Shown: positions 42,399 through 54,479 of the stretch, one piece after another | Layout of the letters: every line of letters begins with the position of its first letter | Position numbering within the stretch: position 1 is the first letter of the stretch | Assembly (NCBI RefSeq): GCF_002105155.1 | Contig: NW_019028995.1 | Coordinates: 620,001-684,000, forward strand | Direction of reading: 5' to 3' | From: Lobosporangium transversale | Lineage: Eukaryota | Length of the DNA stretch: 64,000 nucleotides | The notes under the pieces: model-generated | Databases searched by the model: none | Seen by the model: only the letters and a program-made list of their open reading frames with translations | Told to the model about the DNA's origin: nothing | Position numbers and translations under genes: made by a program

Positions 42399-43632
42399 TC
42401 AAAAGTTGATCATGTCATCCATATCTCCTAAATTGTCACCCAGGCTACCAATGTCCCCCAAGTCAAGCATAGTGTCCTGTAGCTTATTTTCTTGTGAAGC
42501 TAATACATCGTCATCCATAATAGACCTGTCTGATTCGTTTACAATAGGGGTAGAGGACAAGAGTGGTGCTGTAGATATTCTGTTTGTGTTTGCATTAATA
42601 TCAAACATATTGGGTGGACTCAACATTTCCAAGTCAAGTGGCTGTTGTTGTATAGCTGCAATAAATGGCGATGTACTAGATTGGACTGTGGTCGATGTAG
42701 TGTCGGCGTTAGTGTTAGTGGTGATATTAGCATTAGCATTAGCATTAGCATTAGCATTAGCATTAGCATTAGTGTTGGTAGCAGTGATGGTAGTAGTTGT
42801 TGTTGTAATAGGGGCTGAAGTAACTGTTGTTGATGTCGAGGGATTGATTTCTAGAGTAGTGATCGATGGATCCGTAAAATTTGGAGCAGCGGGCGTTTCC
42901 TGGAGTGGAAGAGAAGGAGGTAATGGTGCTGTTACTGGTGCTGGTGCTGGTGCTGATAGTGGTGGGTTCAGTTGTAAAGAAAGAGCGTCCTGCTGTCGTC
43001 GAAGTTTGTATTTAGCATTTTCCTTTAGATACATTAAAGGAGGAGGAGGAGAAGGAGGAGGAGTATGAAAGTTAGTCAAAGGAAAGAGAGAGAGAATAAA
43101 ATCGTTCGGTCCCAACACAGTGATAATTAAACATACTAGGATAAAGAAAACTTGGTCGCATACGGTCTCAAAATACTCCCATTCTAGATCGAGTTTTTCT
43201 TGCTGTGTTGATGGAAGAGCTATGTGGTCTGCACCACTAATCAAATTGTGTTATAATAAGGGTAAGGAATGGGTAAGGAATGGGTATGTGCAGCCATTTT
43301 TTTAATATAAAAAAAAAAAAAAAAAAAAAAAAGTCTAGGTTCACTCACATATGTCGCAAGTTTTCTAGATTCTTGAGCATCTCTGCGGTTTGTAAATTTA
43401 TGCTCTATAGATAAACAGGTGTAACAAAAAAAAAAGGTCGAAAGGTCAAAAGGTCAAAAGGTCAAAAGGTCACGATAAAAGTGCTCATGTTGTTCTCATT
43501 GCTATCGTTGTGATAGTGGTGATGGAGGCTTCTATTTTTCTATTTTTTTTTTCGTAGGGTTCATACATCAACAGAACGTTTAAGCTGCTCAATTTCAGCA
43601 ATAAGCGGACGTGGAGGTTGTTGTTGCAACAT
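42399..43632 (-). CDS. Small helical protein with low-complexity tail; tentatively Mediator tail subunit Med29/Med2-like
   Basis: GT-AG splicing gives MLQQQPPRPLIAEIEQLKRSVD-SINLQTAEMLKNLENLRH-IGADHIALPSTQQEKLDLEWEYFETVCDQVFFIL-ENAKYKLRRQQ. The EYFETVCDQ segment resembles the Med29 EEFYxxCDQ motif; the tail is N/T/D-rich. Confidence 0.55.
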
Positions 43633-44068
43633 GATGACTGGATCGGTGTTTAAGATCTGTGTTTTTATAGAGAGTAATTGAATGCGTTTTTGTTTGATGT
43701 CGCGAAAAGAAAAAAAGATGACCTCCCCTCCGAACTAAAACGCCAAATGGAACAATTGACATTAAGGGTATTTTGATCTTGGTCCGTGCACAAATTTGGA
43801 TGTTTTCCATTAAGGACGACTGTTTTAGCTAAGCCACGCTTTTTTTTTTTTTTTTTAATGCTCAAACAACACTTTCATAAATTGTTCTTCTGCGCCAGCT
43901 TAGTCTCCCTTTTATTCCATTCACTGCGGCATCCCTCTCTTCCTCCCTTGTTTATCCTTGCCTATTCGCAATCGCATTTACACAACTTGAGCCGCAGTTA
44001 TCAACGACCCCGCCACCCTGTCCTCTCTTTCGCTCATAAGAACAACAATTTTTTCTTTGTCCGCTCAC

Positions 44069-47000
44069 ATGCCCGTCTCAAATTCCCTTTCGACCACCGT
44101 TGCACCGTCCAAGGTTGCATTTGCCCCTACTCTTGTTTCAACTATTCCTGCTGATATTACCTCATCACCAACAAGGCCGAAACACCATAAACGTTCTAGC
44201 GGATCGGATGTTCACGTGAATACTAATCCACCCATGCAGAGATCCATTTCAACGCCTGTGGCGGCCTCGGCCTCCATGGTTACAACTGAACAAGTTGCTG
44301 ACTTTGAACGACAACGCCAGAGTCAGGTGATGATGACGGCCTATATCAGCAGCTCTATTCGGGAAAAGAAACAAGTACGTAGAATAAATAGTGTGTCAAA
44401 TGCAATGGATGTATTTTGCCACCAATTGTACTCTTTTTTATTATTATTACTTTGAAAAAGAAAGAAAAAAAAAAACAAAACAAAACAAAAAAAATCATAT
44501 ATGAATACATTCCTTTCTTCTGTATGTGCCTTTTTTGCTCGTGCTCTTCTGGTCTCTTGTTCTCTGCTATAGAGCTGAGCACTGCTCAATTGAATTCCAA
44601 TGGCATAGAAACCCTCTATATTCTCGATCCGTAGTATGTGAGACACTACAGCATGCTCAAAGTCCCTTTGAGGATAATACAGAGTTATTTGTTCGTTGCA
44701 GACATAGATGGAGCTCTGTTGTTGTTGCTGTTATATTTATTATTACTATTATTTTATTTTTGTGACCTTGATCTTTCGCTGTGTTCACTCCATTGTCAGC
44801 TATCTAATAGCGTTCTTGTCCTTTTTTTTTTTTTTTTTTTTACAGGGAAACCCTATTCCTTATGAGGAACTCATTGCCCAGCTTACAGTATCTAAACCGG
44901 TGCCACGTACTCCAGCAAAGCTTCTACAATGGATTCAAGCGATGTCACAGTGCATTTCATTGCTGGACAAGTCATGTATTTCATTGATTGATGCCATGTT
45001 GCAAATTGATTGGATAGTACAAGATGACAACTTTGTTCAGCATTACCTCTCTTTCCTGGGCAATGCTGTATCGGCCCATGCGGTTTACGTGGTCCCGGTG
45101 CAATCTATGTTGGTGAAAAGGCTTACTACTCGTACGTTTTATATGACAGTTTATATGAACGTGTTAGCCTCTTGCTATCTTTGTTTGACAACCTACATGT
45201 TACCTCAGCTCCTCCGTCTCCCTCGTCCTCTAAAGAAAGTTGTTCCGTTTCATTAAAAAATTGACAGGTTACAAGGTTTCGCCCTCTGACAATACACTGG
45301 ATATTTCACGTGAGCGTCAATACGATCGAGTTCATCAAGCACTGAAGTACATTCTCAATCTTATACCCACTGGCTCCACGACCCTCTTTCCTCTTCTCGC
45401 GGCCGAGTTTCCTCATAAGCGCGAATCCATCAATGCTCATGTGACATATGTCAAGAATATTCTCAAAGTGCTTGAATACGCACCGGTTCTTCGGACTCAG
45501 GTTTTAGGCGTAGTCATTGATCGAATAATCCAAGTAGATGTAAGCATCTTTTTATTTTTTGCTTTTGTTTCATCCAGCATTTTGTAGATTTGCTTACAGA
45601 TAATTCTTAATGCGAATGTAACCAATATCTAACAAGATACATTTCCACGACTGCATTTGCTTTTTATTTTTTTTGTAGGTGGAGATTCAAGTCGAGTTGG
45701 AGGAATTGGAGGATTCAGATACGGAGGTGGTTTACGACTTCGATATGAATGATAAAGCCAACGAGGATGAAGAAGAGAGCGATGATGACGATGATGATTC
45801 AGGGTCAGATAGTGGATCGGATTCAGACTCTGAATCTGGAGCAGAAGTAGCAGTACTCAATATCAAGGATATGACCCAAAAGCTAGATGGAATGCTCTTC
45901 TTGGTTTTCTCCTATCTTGAGCAATATGTCAATAGTTGTCAAGATCTCACGGCTATGAATGGAGAAGTACCATTACCGATTCAAGAACTGTTTTTGGTTC
46001 TTCTGTCAATCTTTATGAAGACGATCCTTCAGACATTCAAATCGAGGCATACGCAATTTTTACTCTTTTATTGTATTTCGCTCTCGCCTCAGTTCTCTGA
46101 TTATTTCCTGGGCGCACTCGGACAACAAATTTTGGACAAGTCTCAACCGCAAGTGATACGTGTTGCTGCTGCAGCGTACATGTCGTCATTTGTAGCTAGA
46201 GCAAAATATTTGGATTTACGGCAGGTTGGGATGGTGGTTGACATGTTGGGTGGGTTTGCTCTTGGGACAATAGAGGAAGTGGACACTGGATCGAATGTTG
46301 TTCCTGATCCAGAGCGTCATGCGGTGTTCTATGCCGTTGTCCAGGCCTTGATGTATATTTTCTGCTTCCGATGGAAGGTTTTGGTCATTGGAGGGTCAAA
46401 GCAGCTGAACAACAGGGATGATTTCGATAGCGCGGGGATGATTGTTGGTAGCATGGATGGTGCCCCCGGACCAAATTCAGAGTTGTCGGCGACGCGTCAG
46501 TGGCACTCTGGATTAGCGTCCCTACAAAGAATCATTACAAGTCGGCTGAATCCTTTAAAGGTATTAAACCCCCTCCCCCGAGTATAAAAATGTATTCACT
46601 TTTTTATCAGATATCGATCTGTTTTGATTTGCCTTTCTACTAATCCATGGCACTTTTTTTTATAAAAAAAAAAAAAAAAAAAAAAAAATAGATCTGCTCT
46701 GGCAATGTTGTGAAGCAATTCGCAAGGATTTCCAACAATCTTGATTTTATGTATGTTTATCCTATTCTTGAACAAAATAAGAAAACCTTTATTCACCGCA
46801 GATATAGTCCAGCATCGATTCCAGGAAGTGATAGCAATGGAGCCAATGCGAATGGGCAGGTGAATGGAGGCATACTTCCTCAGGAACTGGAGACATTTTT
46901 CCCATTTGATCCATATCGCCTGCGTCAGAGTGCAACATTTATGAACGGTATTTATCAGGAGTGGGAGGATGATGAAGATGATGATGATGAAGAAGAGGAG

Positions 47001-47213
47001 GAAGAGGAGGAAGAGGAGGAAGGAGAAGAAGAAGAGGATGAATTAAATTTTGTTGGACGCCACAGCCCTCGAGAGGATATTGAGGAAGAAGAAGACGAAG
47101 ACGAGGAAGATGAGGCAACGATGAAAAATTCTATCATGGCCATGAGCATTAGTCCAAGCCCTGCACACTTCTTGGTACAAGGAATGACTTCGAATTTGGC
47201 GTCCAAAAAATAA
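44069..47213 (+). CDS. RRN3: RNA polymerase I transcription initiation factor RRN3
   Basis: Five exons. Motifs HQALKYILNLIP..FPHKRES..YVKNIL, IIQVDVEIQVELEELE, KLDGML, ILQTFKSRHTQFLLFY, AAAYMSSFVARA, FYAVVQALMYIFCFRW, LNPLK, LETFFPFDPY. Confidence 0.95.
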
Positions 47214-47350
47214 TATTAATAAAATATAAAATAATAAGAAAAAGAAAAAGAAAAAGAAAAAGCTTGGTGTCTACTCTATTCAATCAGCACCTCACTTGAC
47301 CTGATGGTAACAAAGACCATAAAGGTCACGCGGATCAATAAGAAAAAAAA

Positions 47351-47385
<35 letters not shown>

Positions 47386-47429
47386 ATAACAGAAAGCTAA
47401 TGAAAAAGTATTGATTAACAAGCTATGGA

Positions 47430-49180
47430 TAGGGATGTTGTCATCCCATTTGATAAACAAGATCTCTTGTGCATGGATCCGTTACAGATTCCGCTGCAGT
47501 ATCGGCAAGCGAGACTTGTTTTTGAGGAAGAGATGTGTTACTGGCTTGCAACACTTTGACCCTTCCGTCAAAAGATCTCAGTCTTACCCCCAATGCCTTT
47601 TGCAAATGTATTACCACGAAAGACCGGGTTCTCTGTACATCCATATCCATGCAACTTATAACTGGAGTAATTAGGATTTAAAAATGTATGAGATAGTCAT
47701 CATCGTCGATATTGTTAATTGGAAATGCACCCAAAAGGGCGCATATATTCTTTATTCATAAGATCAGAATATTTGATGACGCTCACCACGGAGCTTAATA
47801 TAAGGCACCTGCCTAACAATAATAAAAACAACTTTTGATCTCCCTCGACTCTTAGAATACTTCAGGTATCATCTCCGTCATCGGTGGGCTCAAGCAAAAC
47901 ACGTAGCGAACTAAGATGCCGGCACAGCTACGTCGATCCTGTCGGTATCCTCATGAGTTCATCAGCACTCATCGATCTTCTGGCGTTATAGACTACCATA
48001 TTCTTGACCACACCCCATTATCTCGATTGGGCGCAGTTCGTAGTGATATGGTGGAGTTCCAAGCAACTTTATTTTTTCCACAAGAATACATGAGTTTAGC
48101 CTCCTATCAGGACTATGAAGCTCCATCCATATGAATTATACAGCCCTCTATTCTCGTCTTCACCAGACCTTGCAAACCTTTTCGAATAAAGTCTCGAATG
48201 CTGTGTGGTTGCTGTGGTCAGAGCTAGTGCATGTTCCATAATAGTCTCCAGGACCTCCTTATTTCCATCAACCATGGCTTGGTTGATGTGCATTGGTGGC
48301 AATAGAAGAGTCTTTTAATCGGAAGTATCGACTTCCGATTTTGAAGGGACAAACATCGATATAATATTTGTAAACGTGCAAGCTTTCGCTGTAGAACGGA
48401 GCACCATTGTCTCTCGATGGTGCTTTTCGTTCGCTGGCGTAGGTGATAGCTCCTTCACACGAGGCGGGTGAGCGAGATCATTGTTTCGCTCTTCTTCTAC
48501 AGCAACGCTAAATGATAATGACCGTTGCTGCAGTTCCGCTCTCAAACGAGTCCCGGTTGTCGAGTCGCCTGAGTGATCATTTAAAAATGATCATGTGAAA
48601 TCCCATTGAATGGGAAACGATCATTCATTTAATGATCACCCGTACTGTCATTAAATACTGGGCAAATCTTGCTTGGCACTCAAGTAAAACACTGCCTTGG
48701 AGGAAAAGCCGTTAGAGAAAAGCAATATCATGACCAATTTCCACAATTTCCACAATTTTGCTTGCTTTTTTTCTTTTTTTAAACACGTGGAGGATTGTGG
48801 ATATCGACCTAAAGTCTCTGGAGTACTCCGTCGTGGTATAGTATTCAGAAAAAAGTAGATTAATAGACTAATGGCAAAACGATCATAATCAACCCATAAT
48901 ACCCTACAGTCGGACATGCTGATGTGTTTTGCCCTTTTATTGACGAAAGTGAATAAACACTTTCTGCGTATCTGTATGAACTTGCTTTTTTTTTTTTTTT
49001 TTTCCTCACTTTCGTTCTTGCCTCCTTCATAGCCTTACTAAAACTCAATGCTGTCTTACTCGATGGCTCGCTTAAAACTCTACGGTGTGGCATCATCTCT
49101 GCCGCGAGTACTTTATTATCTCTATTATGCACTATCGTACAGCTACGGATCTGTACAATCACTGCATTAATCAAATGACA
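47430..49180 (-). pseudogene. Degraded ORF fragments, tentatively a DUF6589-like (transposon-associated) relic
   Basis: Stop- and frameshift-broken minus-strand fragments, including PPMHINQAMVDGNKEVLETIME and AISLLIYFFLNTIPRR. These resemble the PxMxIxExxxxGNxEVL pattern of DUF6589-type proteins from memory; not verified. Confidence 0.3.
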
Positions 49181-49816
49181 TACCGGTCATCAACAGTCAA
49201 ATATGTACCTGTCGTCTTTTTTTGATCCGCTTCCCTTACTATCCAAGTTCCTCACCCTATGGCCTTCCCATCTTAAGTAACTAACCTTTCTTTGTCATCG
49301 CACGTTTCTTTATCACTGGAGGGGTCAGTTTCTCAATAATAGTCGGCTTTTCAATCGCTGTAAGTTGACGCTCTATCGGATATTTGTTTAAGAATGAATG
49401 CGAGTGCACGTGCAGTCAAAGGCCTGGTATGATACTATGACGAACTAGGATGACCGTACGCTCCCTCTTTCTTCGTTTATGTGCCATAAGGCTATTACAT
49501 ATACAGCATTAATATGATTCTGATTTTGATCGGATAGCAGCTGATCGAGAGCAATGAAAAGAAGAGTTTAAGGAGTATAACAAGGAGGAAGGATTGACGA
49601 GTAGGGACGATAATTACTACAGTTATTGCCTTGACCCATGCCTATTCGTTCAGAAACCCGCTCAACAACAAATTATCATATATGTTGGATATTAATATTT
49701 ATTGGCTTGCTAAGAGCTCTACATTAGCTAATTAGTGCTCAACCCAGCCAGGATAAATAAAAATAAAAAATAAAAATAAAAAAAAAAAAAAAAGGAAAGG
49801 GAAATGAAAAGGGGAT

Positions 49817-51757
49817 TTAATCCTCATCTGAATCAGGAACGACATTGTCTGAAGAAAACACTATATGCTTCCACTTGTCCATCATCAAAAATGCTCCAAG
49901 CTCGTACAGAAGGCTGTACCGACCAATGTCCTGTGACTCCTTGATGATACGTTGTCGACGCTCTTGTGCCTTCCTAATTGCTCGTTTCTTCCACCAAGAC
50001 AATTTATTCTTCTTAGACTTGGTCTTCGTCCTAGTCTTGGCTTCAGCTTGTGTCATTTTAGCTGACATATCCTGTTGATTTGGTTGCTTATCCTCTTGAC
50101 GACCCTGTGTTCCTTCTAAAAATAGTTGATCTACAGATATGGGAAGTGTTGCTGACTCTGATGTTGATGTTGAGACAAAATCGCCCACTCCATGTGGTTG
50201 CTGTCGACCAAGTGGCTCTGCTTTCTCGTGAGCTTGACTATTTCCATCTCCAGGGGGCCGCTCAGAGGGTTGAAAGCTTGACTGTGATTGCCGGTGTTCC
50301 AGTGGAGCGACAACTAAACTATCCTCCGCTTCTTCAAGTTGGCGCCGTTCTTCCTCGATCTCTTCAGGATATGGGTATGGATGTGGGTGTGGACAGCTGT
50401 GAACAGTGTCAAACAGAGGTCGGAAAAGTAGCGGCGCTAGGCAGAGCCACCATCGTATAATCGCCATCAATGCCATCATTGAAAAATTAAAAATCATCCC
50501 TAATAAACTCTGCTCGTCCTGCACAACACCCATTGTAGCAACAGTGGGCCGCCTCACTCCCCAAACATGTCGCTGCTGGCTTCTGAGTATCGGATCCTTG
50601 TACCGATAAGTCTTCATGCCCAAGAATCCTTTCAGCCAATGAGTCGCCTCTTTGCGGGCCGAGAAACCCGAAGCTGAAGATGCTGCAAGTGTTTCCTCAG
50701 ATAAGACTCGACCCTGAGTGGAGCCAGAGAATTGGGACAAAATCACTTGAGTAGTCCAATATGTATTACAAAGGAAGAGCAGGCCGCAAACGATCCAGAC
50801 AGTTACGCCACGCTCTCGACGCGTCTTTGTATACGCAATCGGCTTTTGGCAGAGGAGGAAAGGACATGCTGGGACTGTACTTGGGTCTCTAGAACGAAAT
50901 TGCAGCAATCTAGGTGGAGGTGCTGGGATTACAGACTGCGATAAAGGAATAATGGGTAACATAGCTGATGGCATCTGTGAAGATAATGGACGCTGTTGAT
51001 ATAATTCAGGCGCAGAGGCTGTGTGTCTAACGGTCTCCTGTTTATGCTCTAGGCGCTTGGTGATCCTCAGATCTTGTGTGGATGCACTTTGAACTCCGAA
51101 GCGGCTGCGTACCTGATGTTGATGATGGAGAGATGAAGAAACCGAGTGCGTGGAGGAGGTAGATGTAGCTGTTTGTCCCCTTGAAGCCGTATCTTCTCCA
51201 TTCTCAATGAGATCTCGTGCGAGTCGGCGATGAGCGGGTCCTTTGCCCTGCGATACAGGCAATGTAGAGGTGAATGTGTTTGATAGTTGATCATCTGTTG
51301 TGTCATTGATAAGGCTCATCGTCTCTCCAGAATGAGTGGGTCCTGGTCGTCCAGAAGTGGCAGCTATCAGTGTCAATGGTGGGGCTGAGGGAGGATATTG
51401 AGACGCTGCTGTGGGTTCAAAGATGTGGCCATGATGCTGCAATTCCTGCGGAGGAGCCGTTGGTGTTCGGCTATTATTGCGCAAGTACGGATTAGAAGAT
51501 GTAGGATTTGGCAGGGATAGTGGCGCGTGGGCTGTTGATAAGGACTGTTCATAAGGTGGTGGGGGTTCGAGGGTTGGGCCATTATCATGATACTGAGCAT
51601 TGAAGTCGAGATTAGAACCCGTATCAGCGGCAGAACCAGAATTAGTACCAGAGTTACCGCCGTTCACTTGTAAATCGAAAGAGGAAGAGGCACCATTATG
51701 TACCGAGGGACTATAAATTAGAGGGTGCAGTTGGTCGTCAGTTAGATGTTGATGCAT
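49817..51757 (-). CDS. LITAF/SIMPLE-like domain protein with PPxY motif, long insertions and altered Zn ligands
   Basis: N-terminal PPPPY and PSAP motifs. CPFLLC..TKTRRERGVTVWIVC (hydrophobic core) ..WWLCLAPLLFRPLFDTVHSCPHP ..IGRY, following the LITAF layout. Confidence 0.65.
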   Translation of the reverse strand: MHQHLTDDQLHPLIYSPSVHNGASSSFDLQVNGGNSGTNSGSAADTGSNLDFNAQYHDNGPTLEPPPPYEQSLSTAHAPLSLPNPTSSNPYLRNNSRTPTAPPQELQHHGHIFEPTAASQYPPSAPPLTLIAATSGRPGPTHSGETMSLINDTTDDQLSNTFTSTLPVSQGKGPAHRRLARDLIENGEDTASRGQTATSTSSTHSVSSSLHHQHQVRSRFGVQSASTQDLRITKRLEHKQETVRHTASAPELYQQRPLSSQMPSAMLPIIPLSQSVIPAPPPRLLQFRSRDPSTVPACPFLLCQKPIAYTKTRRERGVTVWIVCGLLFLCNTYWTTQVILSQFSGSTQGRVLSEETLAASSASGFSARKEATHWLKGFLGMKTYRYKDPILRSQQRHVWGVRRPTVATMGVVQDEQSLLGMIFNFSMMALMAIIRWWLCLAPLLFRPLFDTVHSCPHPHPYPYPEEIEEERRQLEEAEDSLVVAPLEHRQSQSSFQPSERPPGDGNSQAHEKAEPLGRQQPHGVGDFVSTSTSESATLPISVDQLFLEGTQGRQEDKQPNQQDMSAKMTQAEAKTRTKTKSKKNKLSWWKKRAIRKAQERRQRIIKESQDIGRYSLLYELGAFLMMDKWKHIVFSSDNVVPDSDED

Positions 51758-52034
51758 TGAATGTTTTCCTGCTGCATGTGTTGTCAATTGAGGTAGGATG
51801 GGTGATGGAAAGCAATGGAGAAAGAGTTACATGGAACAGGATTGAAAAGCATGTAGGCCAGGAAATACAAAAGTGGCAGCCGAAGCATATGATATATTTG
51901 GGATTGATGGTAGTACAAGACATATTATTACTGTTTGTGCGTTTGCATTTGCTTTCCTTCTAAGGAGCAGTAAATGCGCTTTACATGTTTTATTTTTCTA
52001 CTTATTTAGACTGACTGCAATATCCTTTTTTTTT

Positions 52035-52326
52035 TTACAAGAATGAGACAATGGCTTGCAGACTGAAAGGAAGAGTTGCGTCTGTAATGGTGATTTCGTC
52101 TCCACTAGCAAATAGTTCCTTGAGAGGTTTGGCGAGATTAGGTCGTGTTGTCTCTTCCAATTGCTTAGGCGCTTGCATATACAAAAGTTTGCCTCCAAGT
52201 GTGAAGCTTGGTTTTTTCAGTTGTCTATAAGGAAATCCCGAAACGCGTGAGAACGACAAAGAAAAGGTTAAAGCATTTTTTTTTTCCTTTTCATTGATAT
52301 GAATTACAATAAAATGATCCGAAAAC

Positions 52327-52359
<33 letters not shown>

Positions 52360-53990
52360 GCTTACATGTCTGGCTTCTCCTTAAGATAATCCATGAATTC
52401 CTCCAGGGTCTTGTCGCCTTTGAAGTCGAGTTTTGTAGCAGAATTACTGCACACAGGACAGTCCTCCTTACGCTGGTGCTCGAAGGTATAAGTATAAACG
52501 CTATCATTTCCACTGTACATCATGTAATTGTTCAAATTCTTTGCACAAGTTGTCGCAATCTTGAGAGCTTCGTTGCAGCATGATGCTATGATATTGTCAA
52601 AAATATATTGTGTTTTAAGACAAGGCTTCCATAAATATAATCCTTTGACATGTATAAGCAATCAACTTTTATACCAGCAATAATGGCGTTGGTTGCGGCA
52701 ATAGCCGGAATAATGTTCTTGACCACACCCTGCGTCAAGCTATATGTGACGCCCTGGATATTATACTGCTTCGCACGCGCAAGAGCTGTTTCATACAACC
52801 ATTGGATATCCTTTGGGTCGTCCGTGTCCATCTTACGGTCTATATATATGAGATGATAATAGCAAATACGAAATCAATTAGGAACATCTGCCATTTGCCA
52901 TAAAGCCATGATCAGTTTGATGGAAAGCAGGTCCTTCTACCTCCATGCTTGTTTGGCCACTCCAGAACAGATGCCCACTCGATACAATGTTCTGGCAGGC
53001 GAGGTGTATTGGCGATGGTACAAAGAGGGAAGCCTGTGGGCTTGCTCAGCATGTCCATGGAACATTCGTAACAAGAAGTAATCCCAGGGAGAATAACACG
53101 GGCTTGACCCTTAAATCCTTCCGTTCCGCCATCAATCAACGGCTTGATTGTGTCTGGGTCATCTTCATCACGCATGCCCACAAGTGTCGCATTGATCCAG
53201 CGCCTGGCTTCAATAGAATCAAGGCCACAAATAATGAGAGCAAACTCTTGGTAAAAATTCTCGTCCTTGTCTTGAATTTTGCAGTAATGACTAAAACCGT
53301 GATACCCCAGTGCAGGATCGTATTAGACAGATAAGAATATAGCTCACAAATGTAAATGCTTTCTTTTTTTTTGTGGCGATGAGACTCTTAATACAAGCCC
53401 AATACAAAACCTTACGGTGTGACAGTTACACCCTGAACTCGTTTATTAACAAAGGCAGCTGCTGTAACAGCTTTGGGCTTCCCCACATCTGCGCGTCTAA
53501 AAAAAAAAAAGACGAGGTATTAATGTTGTTGACATATTGACATGTCGGAGTGTTGAAGTCAGGAATATATATCAGGCTTATGTTTTACCGAAAGAGAAAC
53601 TGGCGATTCAAGTTTGAGACATCGATTGTGTCCATATCAATGACATGAATATCACAGAATCCAGATAGAGCCAGGTTCTTCAGGATTTCACAACCAAGGC
53701 CTCCAGCACCAATAACCAGAATCTTGCAGCTTTTGATGAATTCCTTAATCTATCATGGAAATATAGTACAGGCATAGAGAAAAAGTCAGTGAGGCAAAAG
53801 TAGAAAGAATGATGTTTAACCTCACATGGGTCCTTTTTTTGCATGAGCAAGTGTCCATGAAAACTTAGTGGCAATAGCAATTTACCTCTTCCTGAGGCTC
53901 AAATTCAGGGTGAATCAGACTATTCCTATCAAGAAGCTTGTAAACCCCAGCCCAGCGCTCATTTTCATTAATTGTCTCCGTGTCAACCAT
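52035..53990 (-). CDS. UBA3: NEDD8-activating enzyme E1 catalytic subunit
   Basis: Multi-exon. [57 protein letters not shown], catalytic [35 protein letters not shown]-terminal [17 protein letters not shown]. Confidence 0.95.
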
Positions 53991-54479
53991 GATGGATGCT
54001 GATGATGCAAGATGCTGTTTGAAAATTGTCTTTCTACTGCGGTAATCAAAGCAATGCCGCGTTGTCTAGTCTGTTACAAGTGATAGTTGATATAAAATGA
54101 TTGGCTCATATAGGCTTGATTGAGTCGTTGTATTCTAAAAAATTGCCATACGAATCACGTGGACCTCCCTCGCAACCTCTGGAAGCCCTGACGATCTTTG
54201 ATCCTATCGAATTTACTGCTCACACTGCCCTGCCTACCAGTTCACTAGGCCTGGCCAGAGACTGCTTTATCAACAACACCAGATCACGGCCATCAGTAAA
54301 TCTCGGTCTGCCTCGTGGCAGACTTACTAACTGGTGAGGGATCATATAAACCATAAAAGACTTTATTTCATTTTTATTTTTAAACAAAAATAAATTCAAC
54401 AGAGAGTGGCCTTTCTCCTTGACATCCTTCATCATACAGCTACAAGCTGCCTTAGCTAAGCTCATGCCGAAGTAAATGG

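Noticed and set aside
43434..43472. (AAAGGTCA)n tandem repeat resembling nuclear-receptor half-sites
   Set aside because: Short intronic minisatellite; fungi lack nuclear receptors.
6302..53990. Apparent ubiquitin/proteostasis gene cluster (USP, MIT, ATE1, Ank-UBA, LITAF-like, UBA3)
   Set aside because: The genes are dispersed among unrelated ones and such functions are common; no evidence of co-regulation.
54060..54350. Possible 3' LTR of the Gypsy relic
   Set aside because: No matching copy upstream of gag and no clear TG..CA ends, PPT or TSD.
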